A stretch of DNA of 64,000 bases from Ignavibacteriota bacterium (GTDB lineage Bacteria; Bacteroidota; Ignavibacteria; UBA10030; UBA6906). Where the stretch lies: positions 1,056,001 to 1,120,000 of the forward strand of contig CAWDEM010000004.1 in NCBI GenBank assembly GCA_963801355.1, read 5' to 3'. Shown in pieces: positions 51,323-60,631 of this stretch. How positions within the stretch are numbered: the first letter of the stretch is position 1; the number at the start of each line of letters is the position of its first letter. The notes under the pieces are model-generated. The model saw only the letters and a list, made by a program, of their open reading frames with translations. It was not told the origin of the DNA and did not search any database. Position numbers and translations under genes: made by a program.

Positions 51323-52267
51323 GTGCAGATGCTGACATCGGCGGATGTGAAACGGCGGGCGCGGGAATTGGGCTTCACCCACGTCGGTGTTGCGAATGCC
51401 GCGGTGCTGGAGAACGAGGCTGCGCTGTTCGATGAATGGTGCGGGTGGGGCTATGATGCGACGATGGGTTGGATGCGAAGGCGCGCACACGAGCGCCGTG
51501 ATGTGCGTGCGGTCCTCCCCGACACCCGGTCGGTGATCGTTGTAGCTCTCAACTACGCCGCTCCGCGGGAGTACCGGCCTGAGCGTGGTGTAGTGCAGAT
51601 CTCGCAGTACGCGCGGGGTCGTGATTATCATGATGTGCTCGGCGGTATGCTCACTGAGCTGATGCGCTGGATATCCGCGGAAGAACCGGGCGCCGGGGGC
51701 AAGTTCTATGTGGACACCGGACCCGTTCTTGAGAAAGCCTGGGCGGTGCGTGCGGGCATCGGGTGGCAGGGGAAACACACCAACATTATCACACAGGACC
51801 AGGGCTCCTGGGTGTTTCTCGGCGTTCTTCTCACCACGCTTGCGCTGGTCCCTGATACTCCTGCGACGGACCGGTGCGGGAGTTGTACGAGGTGCCTTGA
51901 TGCTTGTCCCACCCGGGCGTTCGTCGCTCCGTATGTGCTTGATGCGCGCCGGTGCATCTCATATCTGACGATTGAACACCGGGGGGATATCCCGGAGGAA
52001 CTCGCCGGAGGGTGTGGTGGATGGGTGTTCGGATGTGATGTGTGCCAGGATGTCTGTCCGTGGAATATCAAGTTCGCCCGGCCGTCGGAAGAGAGTGCCT
52101 GGGCTCCGGGAACGGGTCTGGAGGGAAAGACACCCGACGAGCTGCTCGCACTGACGGAGGAGGAGTTTCTGGGGAAGTTCCGGAAGAGCGCGATTCGTCG
52201 CGCGCGATGGGAAGGATTCATGCGCAATGTGCGCAATGCCGCGAGAAATCTGGCATCAAAGGGATGA
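51323..52267 (+). CDS. queG: Epoxyqueuosine reductase
   Basis: YARGRDYH, VDTGPVLEK, CGSCTRCLDACPT, CISYLTIE and FGCDVCQDVCPWN. Confidence 0.95.
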   Translation: MQMLTSADVKRRARELGFTHVGVANAAVLENEAALFDEWCGWGYDATMGWMRRRAHERRDVRAVLPDTRSVIVVALNYAAPREYRPERGVVQISQYARGRDYHDVLGGMLTELMRWISAEEPGAGGKFYVDTGPVLEKAWAVRAGIGWQGKHTNIITQDQGSWVFLGVLLTTLALVPDTPATDRCGSCTRCLDACPTRAFVAPYVLDARRCISYLTIEHRGDIPEELAGGCGGWVFGCDVCQDVCPWNIKFARPSEESAWAPGTGLEGKTPDELLALTEEEFLGKFRKSAIRRARWEGFMRNVRNAARNLASKG

Positions 52268-52322
52268 CCCCTTACGCGACGAATGGGCATCTTATTCAGA
52301 ACATACAGTAAAAGGTAGAGCA

Positions 52323-53267
52323 ATGGCATCGCATCACAGATTGATCATCATCGGGTCCGGTCCTGCTGGCCTTACCGCAGCGCTCTATGCCGCGCGGGGG
52401 AATTTGAGCCCGGTCGTGTTTGAAGGCGTGCAGCCGGGAGGTCAACTGACGATCACCACCGAGGTGGAGAATTTCCCCGGATTCCCTCAGGGGATTCTCG
52501 GGCCCGAGTTGATGGAGAATTTCCGGCAGCAGGCCCAGCGCTTCGGCGCCCAAACGTTCTTCAAAAGCGTGACAGGAGTTGATCTCCGGAGCCGCCCCTT
52601 CAGCGTCCGGGCCGATGAAGAGGAACATTCCTCCGATGCGCTCATTGTCGCAACAGGTGCGTCTGCCCGGTTGCTCGGGCTGTCTTCTGAGAAGGAGTAC
52701 ATGGGGTACGGGGTCTCTGCCTGCGCCACATGCGACGGCTTCTTTTACAAAGGTCTGGAAGTCGTGGTGATCGGTGGAGGAGATACCGCGGTTGAGGAGG
52801 CGACGTTCCTCACGAAGTTTGCGACCAAAGTGACGATCATTCACAGACGCGATGTGCTTCGTGCCTCGAAGATCATGGCGCAAAAGGCCGCGAAGAATCC
52901 GAAGATTGAGTTTTTGTGGAACTCTGTTGTTGAAGAGGTGCTCGGCAAGAATGAGAATGGCAGAAAGAGCGTTAAGGCGGTTCGCGTCAAAAACGTACGG
53001 ACGGGAGTGACAACCGATCTGAGGACCGATGGTGTGTTTGTGGGCATCGGTCATCAGCCGAACACTGAATTGTTCAAAGGGCAGCTTGAAATGGACGCGG
53101 TCGGGTATCTGGTGACGAAGGGGAGGGGGACAGCGACCAATATTCCCGGAGTATTTGCAGCCGGCGATGTCGCTGACAGTATGTACCGGCAAGCCATCAC
53201 TGCCGCGGGATCGGGTTGCCAGGCGGCCATCGATGCGGAAAAATGGTTGGAGGAAAATATCTCGTAG
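52323..53267 (+). CDS. trxB: Thioredoxin-disulfide reductase
   Basis: IIGSGPAG, SACATCDG, GGGDTAVEEA and GVFAAGDV..YRQAITAAG. Confidence 0.98.
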   Translation: MASHHRLIIIGSGPAGLTAALYAARGNLSPVVFEGVQPGGQLTITTEVENFPGFPQGILGPELMENFRQQAQRFGAQTFFKSVTGVDLRSRPFSVRADEEEHSSDALIVATGASARLLGLSSEKEYMGYGVSACATCDGFFYKGLEVVVIGGGDTAVEEATFLTKFATKVTIIHRRDVLRASKIMAQKAAKNPKIEFLWNSVVEEVLGKNENGRKSVKAVRVKNVRTGVTTDLRTDGVFVGIGHQPNTELFKGQLEMDAVGYLVTKGRGTATNIPGVFAAGDVADSMYRQAITAAGSGCQAAIDAEKWLEENIS

Positions 53268-53294
53268 TTCTTCAGAAGCCACCCCGAGATCATC

Positions 53295-53479
53295 AAGTCT
53301 GGCTTTTTCCCCTGACTTCATTCCCTGACTTTAAAGTCTGACATTAAAGTCAGGCTTTTTCCCCATACTTTCCCCCCTCCTTTCATTCACTCACTTTTTT
53401 CCCCACCTTTTCTTGCCTGACTTTTAAGTCAGGCTTTTTTCTCTGACTTCTTTCTAGGACTTTTAAGTCAGGCTTTTTT
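53295..53479. repeat. Array of palindromic CTGACTTTWAAGTCAGGCTTTTT units
   Basis: Copies near 53295 (partial), 53324, 53338, 53415 (perfect GCCTGACTT-TT-AAGTCAGGC plus T6) and 53457. Confidence 0.8.
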
Positions 53480-53491
53480 CCTCCGCCTGTG

Positions 53492-53587
53492 TGACAATTT
53501 ACCATACTAAATGTCAATATGGCATATATTATGACAAGGTTTCATATAGTAGTGCCATTATGGCTTGTTAGATATGCCAATACGACA
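53492..53587. promoter_or_regulatory. Phased array of five TGNCA-N3-TGNCA-like sites (putative enhancer)
   Basis: TGACAATTTACCA 53492, TGTCAATATGGCA 53512, TGACAAGGTTTCA 53532, TGCCATTATGGCT 53553 and TGCCAATACGACA 53575. Confidence 0.6.
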
Positions 53588-53630
53588 TAATATTAAAGGA
53601 TTCACGCGGACGCGCGGGCGGTTATCTCTA

Positions 53631-53643
53631 TAACTAGTTGATA
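53631..53643 (-). promoter_or_regulatory. IHF-type binding site
   Basis: Minus strand TATCAACTAGTTA matches WATCAANNNNTTR. Confidence 0.55.
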
Positions 53644-53662
53644 ATAAATAACTTAATCGATT

Positions 53663-53677
53663 TGGCACAGCGATTGA
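53663..53677 (+). promoter_or_regulatory. Sigma54 (-24/-12) promoter
   Basis: TGGCACAGCGATTGA (TGGCAC-N5-TTGA). Confidence 0.65.
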
Positions 53678-53742
53678 GTGACTTTGATGCAGAAGATCAA
53701 TGAAGTCAACAAAGGATCAATAATTATTCAGGAGGAGAGGCA

Positions 53743-54183
53743 ATGTTAGTGAAATTCGAACGTGTTCCGATGATCCGTCCGGTCTGGGATGGCACAACCC
53801 GGTTCGAGAACGAGATTGAGTCGCTATTCAACAATTTTCTCACCCCGGACTTCGGTGGTTTGAGATCGCCGGCTCTGGACCTGGTCGAACGTCAGAACGA
53901 AACCCACGTTGTCATGGAGCTTCCCGGTGTCCAGAAGGAAGACGTCAAGATATCGCTGACGGAGGACTTGCTGACAATCAAGGGGACACGGAAATCTCAG
54001 GTGTTGCCCGAAGGGGCAAAGTGGATCCGGAGTGAACGGCAGAATGGAGAATTCAGCCGGACAGTCCAGCTTCCTCATCCCGTCAAGACAGACAGTATCT
54101 CCGCCGAGATGACGAATGGAGTCCTGCGGATCGTGCTTCCCAAGGCCGAAGAGGCCCGTCCGCGTGAAATTGGCATAAAGTAA
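53743..54183 (+). CDS. Hsp20/alpha-crystallin small heat-shock protein 1
   Basis: ELPGVQKEDV, ERQNGEFSRTVQLP and NGVLRIVLPK. Confidence 0.95.
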   Translation: MLVKFERVPMIRPVWDGTTRFENEIESLFNNFLTPDFGGLRSPALDLVERQNETHVVMELPGVQKEDVKISLTEDLLTIKGTRKSQVLPEGAKWIRSERQNGEFSRTVQLPHPVKTDSISAEMTNGVLRIVLPKAEEARPREIGIK

Positions 54184-54200
54184 GAGAGGAGACCGCTACT

Positions 54201-54587
54201 ATGAAAAACGGTGAAGTTGTTGTCCGAAGGGAAAATGATAGTCAGTCGTCTGTTCCAGAAAGAGAATACCGCATCCCTGCGGCAGATGTCTATGAAACCT
54301 CAGATGCTTACATATTGATGCTGGATCTCCCCGGTGCGACCCGTGACTCGATCAGCCTCACACTCGAAAAGGGCGAGATGCGGGTCAAAGCGGATGTCGG
54401 TCCGCTGCACACGCAGGAAGGAACACTTCTGTTGAGCGAAATAGGAGACAACGGGTTCTTCAGGGTCTTCAGTATTGGAGACGGCATCGATACTGGAAAT
54501 GTGGACGCGCGGTATGAGCAGGGCGTCCTGACGATAAAGCTCCTCAAGAGCGAAAACGTCAAACCACGGGAAATCCACATTAACTAA
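54201..54587 (+). CDS. Hsp20/alpha-crystallin small heat-shock protein 2
   Basis: PAADVYET, DLPG and A.YEQGVLTI. Confidence 0.9.
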   Translation: MKNGEVVVRRENDSQSSVPEREYRIPAADVYETSDAYILMLDLPGATRDSISLTLEKGEMRVKADVGPLHTQEGTLLLSEIGDNGFFRVFSIGDGIDTGNVDARYEQGVLTIKLLKSENVKPREIHIN

Positions 54588-54613
54588 CCACACACAAACC
54601 AAGGAGGGATACC

Positions 54614-55081
54614 ATGTCAATCGTTCGTTGGAGTCCGGCACGTGACCTGGCGACTTTTCCCTCGGATGTGATGAACATTCAGAGGGAAATCAATCGCATG
54701 TTCAACAACTTCTTCCGGAACGAACCGGAAGAGGACAGCCTTGCAACGGCTGCCTGGAACCCGGCGCTGGATATCGCCGAACACGATGACGCAATCGTCG
54801 TGAAAATTGAGCTTCCTGGAGTTGCAAAGGATGATGTGAAAATCGTCTTGCAGGATAACATACTGACTGTCCGGGGCGAGAAGAAGCAGGAGAAGGAATC
54901 CAAAGGGGCAAACTACCACAGGGTGGAACGTTCCTATGGGGTTTTCCAGAGAAGCTTCACGCTTCCCTCGACTGTCAACGGGGCCAAAGTTGATGCGGCC
55001 TTCAAAGACGGTGTGCTCACAATCACTGTTCCGAAGTCCGAGGAAGCAAAACGAAAGGAAATCGAAGTGAAGGTTCGGTAA
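54614..55081 (+). CDS. Hsp20/alpha-crystallin small heat-shock protein 3
   Basis: WNPALDI, ELPGV, HRVERSYGVFQRSFTLP and FKDGVLTI. Confidence 0.96.
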   Translation: MSIVRWSPARDLATFPSDVMNIQREINRMFNNFFRNEPEEDSLATAAWNPALDIAEHDDAIVVKIELPGVAKDDVKIVLQDNILTVRGEKKQEKESKGANYHRVERSYGVFQRSFTLPSTVNGAKVDAAFKDGVLTITVPKSEEAKRKEIEVKVR

Positions 55082-55101
55082 GCTGGTTTCCTTCGTATAT
55101 G

Positions 55102-55141
55102 GGAGCCGTGTCGGCAGGTGGGCCGGCCGGCTCCTTTTTTT
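55102..55141 (+). terminator. Intrinsic terminator after the Hsp20 operon
   Basis: GGAGCCG...CGGCTCC stem followed by T7. Confidence 0.75.
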
Positions 55142-55155
55142 GTGCCCTTCCACGA

Positions 55156-55184
55156 TTGACAAAGATACAGATCTTAGGTATATT
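55156..55184 (+). promoter_or_regulatory. Sigma70-type promoter of sppA
   Basis: TTGACA-17 bp-TATATT. Confidence 0.65.
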
Positions 55185-55222
55185 ACGATATATCAATAAC
55201 TTACAGAATTTCACAGTACCCC

Positions 55223-56131
55223 ATGAGCAAGTCCACGAAGTGGTTCCTCATCATCCTCGCTATTCTTGTGGTTGTTGTCGCGGCTTTTGCGCTCCTGATG
55301 TTCTCTCTGGTATCGGATTCGGGCGACCGGACTGAAACGATAACAACCGGATCGGGAGACAAGATAGCCGTCGTTGAACTCAAGGGTGACATCAGCTCAT
55401 CCGAGGAAATCGTTCGACAGCTCAAGAAGTACAGGGAGCAGCGCGCCGTGAGGGCAATCCTGCTGCGTATTGACAGCCCGGGCGGGGGTGTCGTGGCAAG
55501 CCAGGAGATGTACGAAGAAGTCCGCAAGACCCGGGACGGCGGGAAGCCGGTGGTCGTTTCAATGGGAAGCCTTGCAGCCAGCGGCGGTTACTATGTTGCG
55601 TGCGGCGGTTCACGGATTGTTGCCAACCGGGGGACACTTACCGGATCCATTGGCGTCATCTCTGAATTCCTGCAGCTTCAGGAACTCTTCGGCAAGATCG
55701 GCGTCGATGTGAAAACCATCAAGGCGGGGAAACTGAAGGATGCCGGAACGCCCACTCGGAAAATGACCGACGTGGATCAGCGGTATTTTCAGGAATTGAT
55801 GGATGGTGTCCATCGGCAGTTCATCGCTGTCGTTGAACGCGAACGGAAGCTCAGTCACGAGAATGTGGTTGGGTTGGCTGATGGCCGGGTGTTTACGGGG
55901 GAGCGTGCCCTTGAACTCGGCCTGGTTGACACGCTCGGGACATATGAAGACGCCATCCAGATCACCGCTGCAATCGCCGGCATCGAAGGGCAGCCGTCGA
56001 TAGTAAGAGAACGCAGACATCGCGGTCTGCTGGACGCGCTGACCAGTGACGTTGCGGAAGGCTTGACGTCGCTCAAGCAGGAAATCCTGGAGCGGCCGGT
56101 ACTGTCATATCGCTTTGCCGGCCCGCAGTAA
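55223..56131 (+). CDS. sppA: Signal peptide peptidase SppA (S49, short form)
   Basis: LRIDSPGG, SMGSLAASGGYY, TGSIGV and ADGRVFTG. Confidence 0.95.
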   Translation: MSKSTKWFLIILAILVVVVAAFALLMFSLVSDSGDRTETITTGSGDKIAVVELKGDISSSEEIVRQLKKYREQRAVRAILLRIDSPGGGVVASQEMYEEVRKTRDGGKPVVVSMGSLAASGGYYVACGGSRIVANRGTLTGSIGVISEFLQLQELFGKIGVDVKTIKAGKLKDAGTPTRKMTDVDQRYFQELMDGVHRQFIAVVERERKLSHENVVGLADGRVFTGERALELGLVDTLGTYEDAIQITAAIAGIEGQPSIVRERRHRGLLDALTSDVAEGLTSLKQEILERPVLSYRFAGPQ

Positions 56132-56178
56132 TCCGGGCCCGAGCGACCACGAACATCAACCACTCAGGAGGATCATCG

Positions 56179-56478
56179 GTGACCAAGGCAGACATCGTCG
56201 ACACGATCGCCACTGCCACCGGATTAACCAAGGTGGAGACTGAAGCAGTTGTGGACGGATTCATTTCCACGGTGATTAGTGCGTTGAAGGAGGGGAAGAA
56301 TATCGAAATCCGTGGTTTCGGCAGCTACAAGGTGAAGAAACGGAAGGGGCGGATGGCTCGGAATCCGCGGACCGGTGAGCAGGTGATGGTGGATGAACAC
56401 TGGGTGCCATTGTTCAAGGTATCGAAGGAAGTGAAAATGCTGGTCAATGAGAACATGAAGAAGTCGGACCAGCAATAA
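56179..56478 (+). CDS. HU/IHF-family DNA-binding protein
   Basis: MTKADIV, IEIRGFGS and ARNPRTG. Confidence 0.95.
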   Translation: MTKADIVDTIATATGLTKVETEAVVDGFISTVISALKEGKNIEIRGFGSYKVKKRKGRMARNPRTGEQVMVDEHWVPLFKVSKEVKMLVNENMKKSDQQ

Positions 56479-56492
56479 TCCAGGGAGTAGGA

Positions 56493-57254
56493 ATGGCAGG
56501 GGTACGGCATGTGTGCGGTGCATGCGGGGCCGAAGTGCAGCAAAGGGATGCACGCTGCCGGGCATGCGGAAAAGATCTTGAGTGGGGGGACATGCGTCCG
56601 GCAGCAGCGCAACGGGTGCAGGCCAGGCGTTCACCCAAGGAGAAGACCGGCGAAAAAAGTATGCGCCACTTCGAACCCTGGCAGGTGATTTCGTTCATCG
56701 CCGTGGGCGGGCTCCTGCTCTTCGTTCTCTGGACGGAGCTATCGCGTGACCGCGCAACATCTGCCGCCCCGGCAGTGCAGGCCTCCATGCCGCAGCAGTC
56801 CCCGCTCGCCCCTTCGCTTGTCGACCTCGCCCCGCTTGAAGCCGCGGTGAAGGCGAATCCGAAGGATGCCGGCGCGGTGCTCCGCCTGGCCAACGCGCTT
56901 CATGATCACGGCATGGTGATGCGGGCTATCGAGCAGTATAAGAACTACCTGTCAATGCTCCCGGGGAATCCGGATGCCAGGGTTGACCTCGGCATCTGCT
57001 ACGATCAAATGGGTCTGGCGGATAGTCTCCACGCAGACACATACTATGCCCTGGCAATTCAAGAAATGGAGACGGCGCTCAAAGGAACCCCGTCGCATCA
57101 GCCGGCAGCGTTCAACCTCGGCATTGTGAATTTGCACAGAGGAGAGCTTGAGGAATCGAACAGGTGGTTGAAAAAGGCCGCCGCGATGGACGCGAAATCG
57201 GACCTGGGGATGCGTGCACAGCAGATCCTCCAGCAGCATTCATTGATCCCGTAA
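56493..57254 (+). CDS. Zinc-ribbon / TM / TPR protein
   Basis: CGACG...CRACG, one hydrophobic helix, and TPR-like LANALHD, ARVDLGICY and AFNLGIV. Confidence 0.8.
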   Translation: MAGVRHVCGACGAEVQQRDARCRACGKDLEWGDMRPAAAQRVQARRSPKEKTGEKSMRHFEPWQVISFIAVGGLLLFVLWTELSRDRATSAAPAVQASMPQQSPLAPSLVDLAPLEAAVKANPKDAGAVLRLANALHDHGMVMRAIEQYKNYLSMLPGNPDARVDLGICYDQMGLADSLHADTYYALAIQEMETALKGTPSHQPAAFNLGIVNLHRGELEESNRWLKKAAAMDAKSDLGMRAQQILQQHSLIP

Positions 57255-57272
57255 TCGAAGAAAGGAGGCAGC

Positions 57273-57368
57273 ATGCCCTGCGGCAAAAAGCGCAAGCGCC
57301 ACAAGATGGCGACGCACAAGCGCAAGAAGCGGCTGAGAAAACAGCGTCACAAGAAGAAGCTGCGCTGA
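57273..57368 (+). CDS. Small basic ribosomal protein bS22-like (AURKAIP1/COX24/mS38 family); not in the ORF track
   Basis: SD AAGGAGG then MPCGKKRKRHKMATHKRKKRLRKQRHKKKLR*. Confidence 0.88.
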   Translation: MPCGKKRKRHKMATHKRKKRLRKQRHKKKLR

Positions 57369-57543
57369 CGCACCCGCAACGCTTCCGGGGGTGACCGGAT
57401 GGTGCACAGTTTCTCAACGCGGTTGCCATCCCGACACCCCCCGTACTCCGGGAAGGGAGCGATCTGGTTGCTTTTCTAGGCTGTTCTTTTTATCATAAAA
57501 TTCAACTCTATTGCGATTGTTTTCAACAGGTGTGAGGCTCGTC

Positions 57544-57939
57544 ATGACAAAGAACGATGGCATGTTGAAAGGTCTCGTGATCGGTTTGCTCGCGGGCGGA
57601 GCCGTCGGGGCGATTGTTGCCCTGTTGTATGCGCCCAAAACTGGCAAGGAACTGCGGGCGGATATCCGCGAGCGCGCAGATGAATTCCGGGATGATGCTG
57701 ATGAGTATCTTACCACCGTGCGCTCAAAAGCCGGCGATATGGTCTCGGAAGCAAAGAAGCGTTCGGACAGCTTGATCAGCGATGCGAAACGGAAGGCGGA
57801 CACGCTCCTGGTGGATGCCGAAAATGTCTTGAAAGACGCACGCCAGAAAGCGACTCCGGTCGTGGAAGATGCCACGCGCGTGAAGAATGCCGTGAAGGCT
57901 GGGGTGGATGCATTCCGGGATGAACGCCGGCGGTCGTGA
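57544..57939 (+). CDS. YtxH-domain protein
   Basis: GLLAGGAVGAIVALLYAPKTGKELR followed by an amphipathic helical repeat. Confidence 0.9.
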   Translation: MTKNDGMLKGLVIGLLAGGAVGAIVALLYAPKTGKELRADIRERADEFRDDADEYLTTVRSKAGDMVSEAKKRSDSLISDAKRKADTLLVDAENVLKDARQKATPVVEDATRVKNAVKAGVDAFRDERRRS

Positions 57940-57968
57940 GTACATCAGCATTGCCATAGGAGGCATTT

Positions 57969-58355
57969 GTGGAACTCGTACTCGTTATTGCCCAGATTGT
58001 CGCACTACTGTGCCTCTCCGCACTCTGCGTCTATATGATCGTCGTCCTCCAGCGTGTGCGAGACACCATCGGCAATGTGGAAAAGGATGTCCGGGAAATC
58101 ACCAATCGCGCCGTGCCCGTGCTGGATAACATGGAATACATCACGGCCCGGGTCAAAGGCATCACCGACAACGTTGATGACCAGGTGGCAGCGGTGCGTG
58201 AGTCCATCGCGTCCGTCAAACTCGTCGCCGAAAATGTCGTGGAGATGGAACGAAGGGTACAGGAGCGAATCGAAGGACCAATTCTCGAGACCGTTTCCTT
58301 CGTGGCAGCGGTCTTCAAAGGTGTGCGCACGTTCGTTGAGCGCGTGCGGACCTGA
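57969..58355 (+). CDS. DUF948/YtxG-like membrane-anchored coiled-coil protein
   Basis: N-terminal TM plus coiled coil; adjacent to ytxH. Confidence 0.65.
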   Translation: MELVLVIAQIVALLCLSALCVYMIVVLQRVRDTIGNVEKDVREITNRAVPVLDNMEYITARVKGITDNVDDQVAAVRESIASVKLVAENVVEMERRVQERIEGPILETVSFVAAVFKGVRTFVERVRT

Positions 58356-58526
58356 CCTTCCGGGCGCCACTCCAGGAGTTCGGCGCCCGGGACGTGCGGT
58401 TCCGCTCGATTCGGGTTCCTGCCCACGGCTGTTCCCCCACGCAAACACTGTTCTTACCAACCATCGCCGACATTCCCTTGCGGATGCCCGTGCCGGCGCA
58501 CCCATTTTGTAGGAGTGAACATACCC

Positions 58527-60623
58527 ATGAAGGAATTTGCATCGGATCATATCAGGAATATCTGTCTGATCGGACATGGCGGTGCGGGAAAGACCATGAT
58601 GGCCGAGGCGCTCCTGTACACCGCCGGCACCATCAACCGCCTTGGCAAGGTCGAAGAGGGGAATACCGTTTCCGACTACCGCAGCGACGAGATTGAACGC
58701 CAGATTTCCGTGAGCAGCGCCCTTCTGGTCTGCGAATGGAAAGGCAACAAGATCAACGTTCTCGACACTCCCGGGTACACGGACTTCACCGGCGATGTCA
58801 AATCGGCTCTTCATGTCACCGATACCGCCGTGCTGCACCTGAAAGCCGTGGAAGGTGTTGAGGTCGGCACCGAACTGGCATGGCGCTACACACTGGAGAA
58901 CCGCGATGCGGTGATCCTGGTGGTCAACAAGCTGGATCAGGAGAACGCAGACTACGACAAGGTGGTCCATCAGGCAAAAGAAATCCTGAGTCATGACGTC
59001 ATCCCCATTCAATTTCCCCTGAAGGCAGGGTTGGGATTTGAAGCCATTGTGGACGTTGTGCGGATGAAGCTCCTGAAGTTCGCCGCCGGAGGGAACGGCA
59101 AGTATTCCGAAGAAGAAATCCCCGCGGACGTTCTGCCAAAGGCCCAGGAATTGCGCCAGCAGATGCTCGAACTCATTGCAGAAACCGACGAAGCCTTGCT
59201 CAACAAGTATCTCGAGAGTGGCTCGCTCACTCCGGAAGAAATCAAGCAGGGTTTTCGTGCGGGCATCCGGCAGCGCAAGCTCTTCCCGCTCCTGTGTGCC
59301 GCGGCCACGCAAAACGTGGGAACGGCAGGGATATTGGACTTCCTGAGCGACTATGCGCCGGCGCCGCATGAAATGGGTGCGGTGCACGCGAAGAACGCAG
59401 GGGGCGGCGAGGTTGCGATCCAGCAGGACCCAAACGGGCAGCCCGTGATGTTTGTGTTCAAGACCGTGTCGGAATCCCATGTGGGGGAATTGTCGTTCTT
59501 CCGGGTGTACGCCGGTACCGTCAGCCCGGGCCTGGACATGGTGAACAACACCAACGGTAAGTCCGAGCGGCTGGCACAGCTCTTCGTGATGGTCGGGAAG
59601 GACCGGAAGGAAATCGGGAAGCTCACCGCGGGCGACATCGGGGCCGTGGTGAAGCTGAAGGACACCCATACAAACGACACGCTCACTGTCAAGGGAGTCT
59701 CGGTCATCATCACTCCCACGGTTTTTCCCGAGCCGGTGTTCAGTATGGCTATTGTTCCCCGGTCAAAGGGGGACGAAGAGAAGATCTCTTCGGGAATGCA
59801 CGCACTCCACCAGGAGGATCCCTCGTTCAATTTCCGCGTCGACCCTGAGTTGCATCAGACGATCATCAGCGGGCAGGGAGAAGTGCACCTCGATATTATC
59901 GTGAAACGTTTGAAAGCGCGGTACAACGTCGATGTCGATCTCGTGGAACCCAAAGTGCCCTACCGTGAGACCATCAAGGCGGTCGTGAAGGATTCGGAAT
60001 ACAAGCACAAGAAGCAGACAGGCGGACACGGACAGTACGGGCATGTTCACCTGCGCCTCGAACCGCTCAAGCGGGGGAGTGGTTTTGAGTTTGTGGATGA
60101 GATCGTAGGCGGAGTCGTACCGAACAAGTTCATACCGGCGGTGGAAAAAGGCGTCGTGGAGTGCATGAAGGAAGGGGTCGTGGCCGGGTATCCGGTGGTG
60201 GATGTCCGTGTCGCCCTGCACTACGGCTCCTACCACGATGTGGATTCCTCGGAAATGGCGTTCAAGATCGCCGGGTCGATGGCTTTCCGCAAGGGGTTTG
60301 TGGATGCGAGGCCCGTGTTGCTGGAACCCATCTTCAATCTCGAAGTGAAAGTGCCGGAGGATGCGATGGGAGATGTCATGGGCGATATTTCCTCGCGGCG
60401 CGGGAAGATCGCCGGCATGGATTCCGAAGGGCGTTATCAGATCATCCGTGCGCAGGTGCCCGCGGCTGAATTGCACAGGTATGCGACAATTCTGCGATCG
60501 ATGACCGGCGGCCGCGGTGTCTTCACGGCGTCAATGTCGCACTACGAAGAAGTCCCCCGCGAGGCCGCAGAGAAGATCATTGCCGCATCGGAGAAGAACA
60601 AGAACAAAGAGCAAGAGGCGTAG
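58527..60623 (+). CDS. fusA: Elongation factor G paralog (EF-G2-like)
   Basis: GHGGAGKT, ERQISV, DTPGY, NKLD, KKQTGGHGQYG and HDVDSSEMAF; located outside the str operon. Confidence 0.92.
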   Translation: MKEFASDHIRNICLIGHGGAGKTMMAEALLYTAGTINRLGKVEEGNTVSDYRSDEIERQISVSSALLVCEWKGNKINVLDTPGYTDFTGDVKSALHVTDTAVLHLKAVEGVEVGTELAWRYTLENRDAVILVVNKLDQENADYDKVVHQAKEILSHDVIPIQFPLKAGLGFEAIVDVVRMKLLKFAAGGNGKYSEEEIPADVLPKAQELRQQMLELIAETDEALLNKYLESGSLTPEEIKQGFRAGIRQRKLFPLLCAAATQNVGTAGILDFLSDYAPAPHEMGAVHAKNAGGGEVAIQQDPNGQPVMFVFKTVSESHVGELSFFRVYAGTVSPGLDMVNNTNGKSERLAQLFVMVGKDRKEIGKLTAGDIGAVVKLKDTHTNDTLTVKGVSVIITPTVFPEPVFSMAIVPRSKGDEEKISSGMHALHQEDPSFNFRVDPELHQTIISGQGEVHLDIIVKRLKARYNVDVDLVEPKVPYRETIKAVVKDSEYKHKKQTGGHGQYGHVHLRLEPLKRGSGFEFVDEIVGGVVPNKFIPAVEKGVVECMKEGVVAGYPVVDVRVALHYGSYHDVDSSEMAFKIAGSMAFRKGFVDARPVLLEPIFNLEVKVPEDAMGDVMGDISSRRGKIAGMDSEGRYQIIRAQVPAAELHRYATILRSMTGGRGVFTASMSHYEEVPREAAEKIIAASEKNKNKEQEA

Positions 60624-60631
60624 TTCCGCTC

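Noticed and set aside
53295-53479. Possible CRISPR array
   Set aside because: Repeats are degenerate with irregular, low-complexity spacers, and no cas genes are present.
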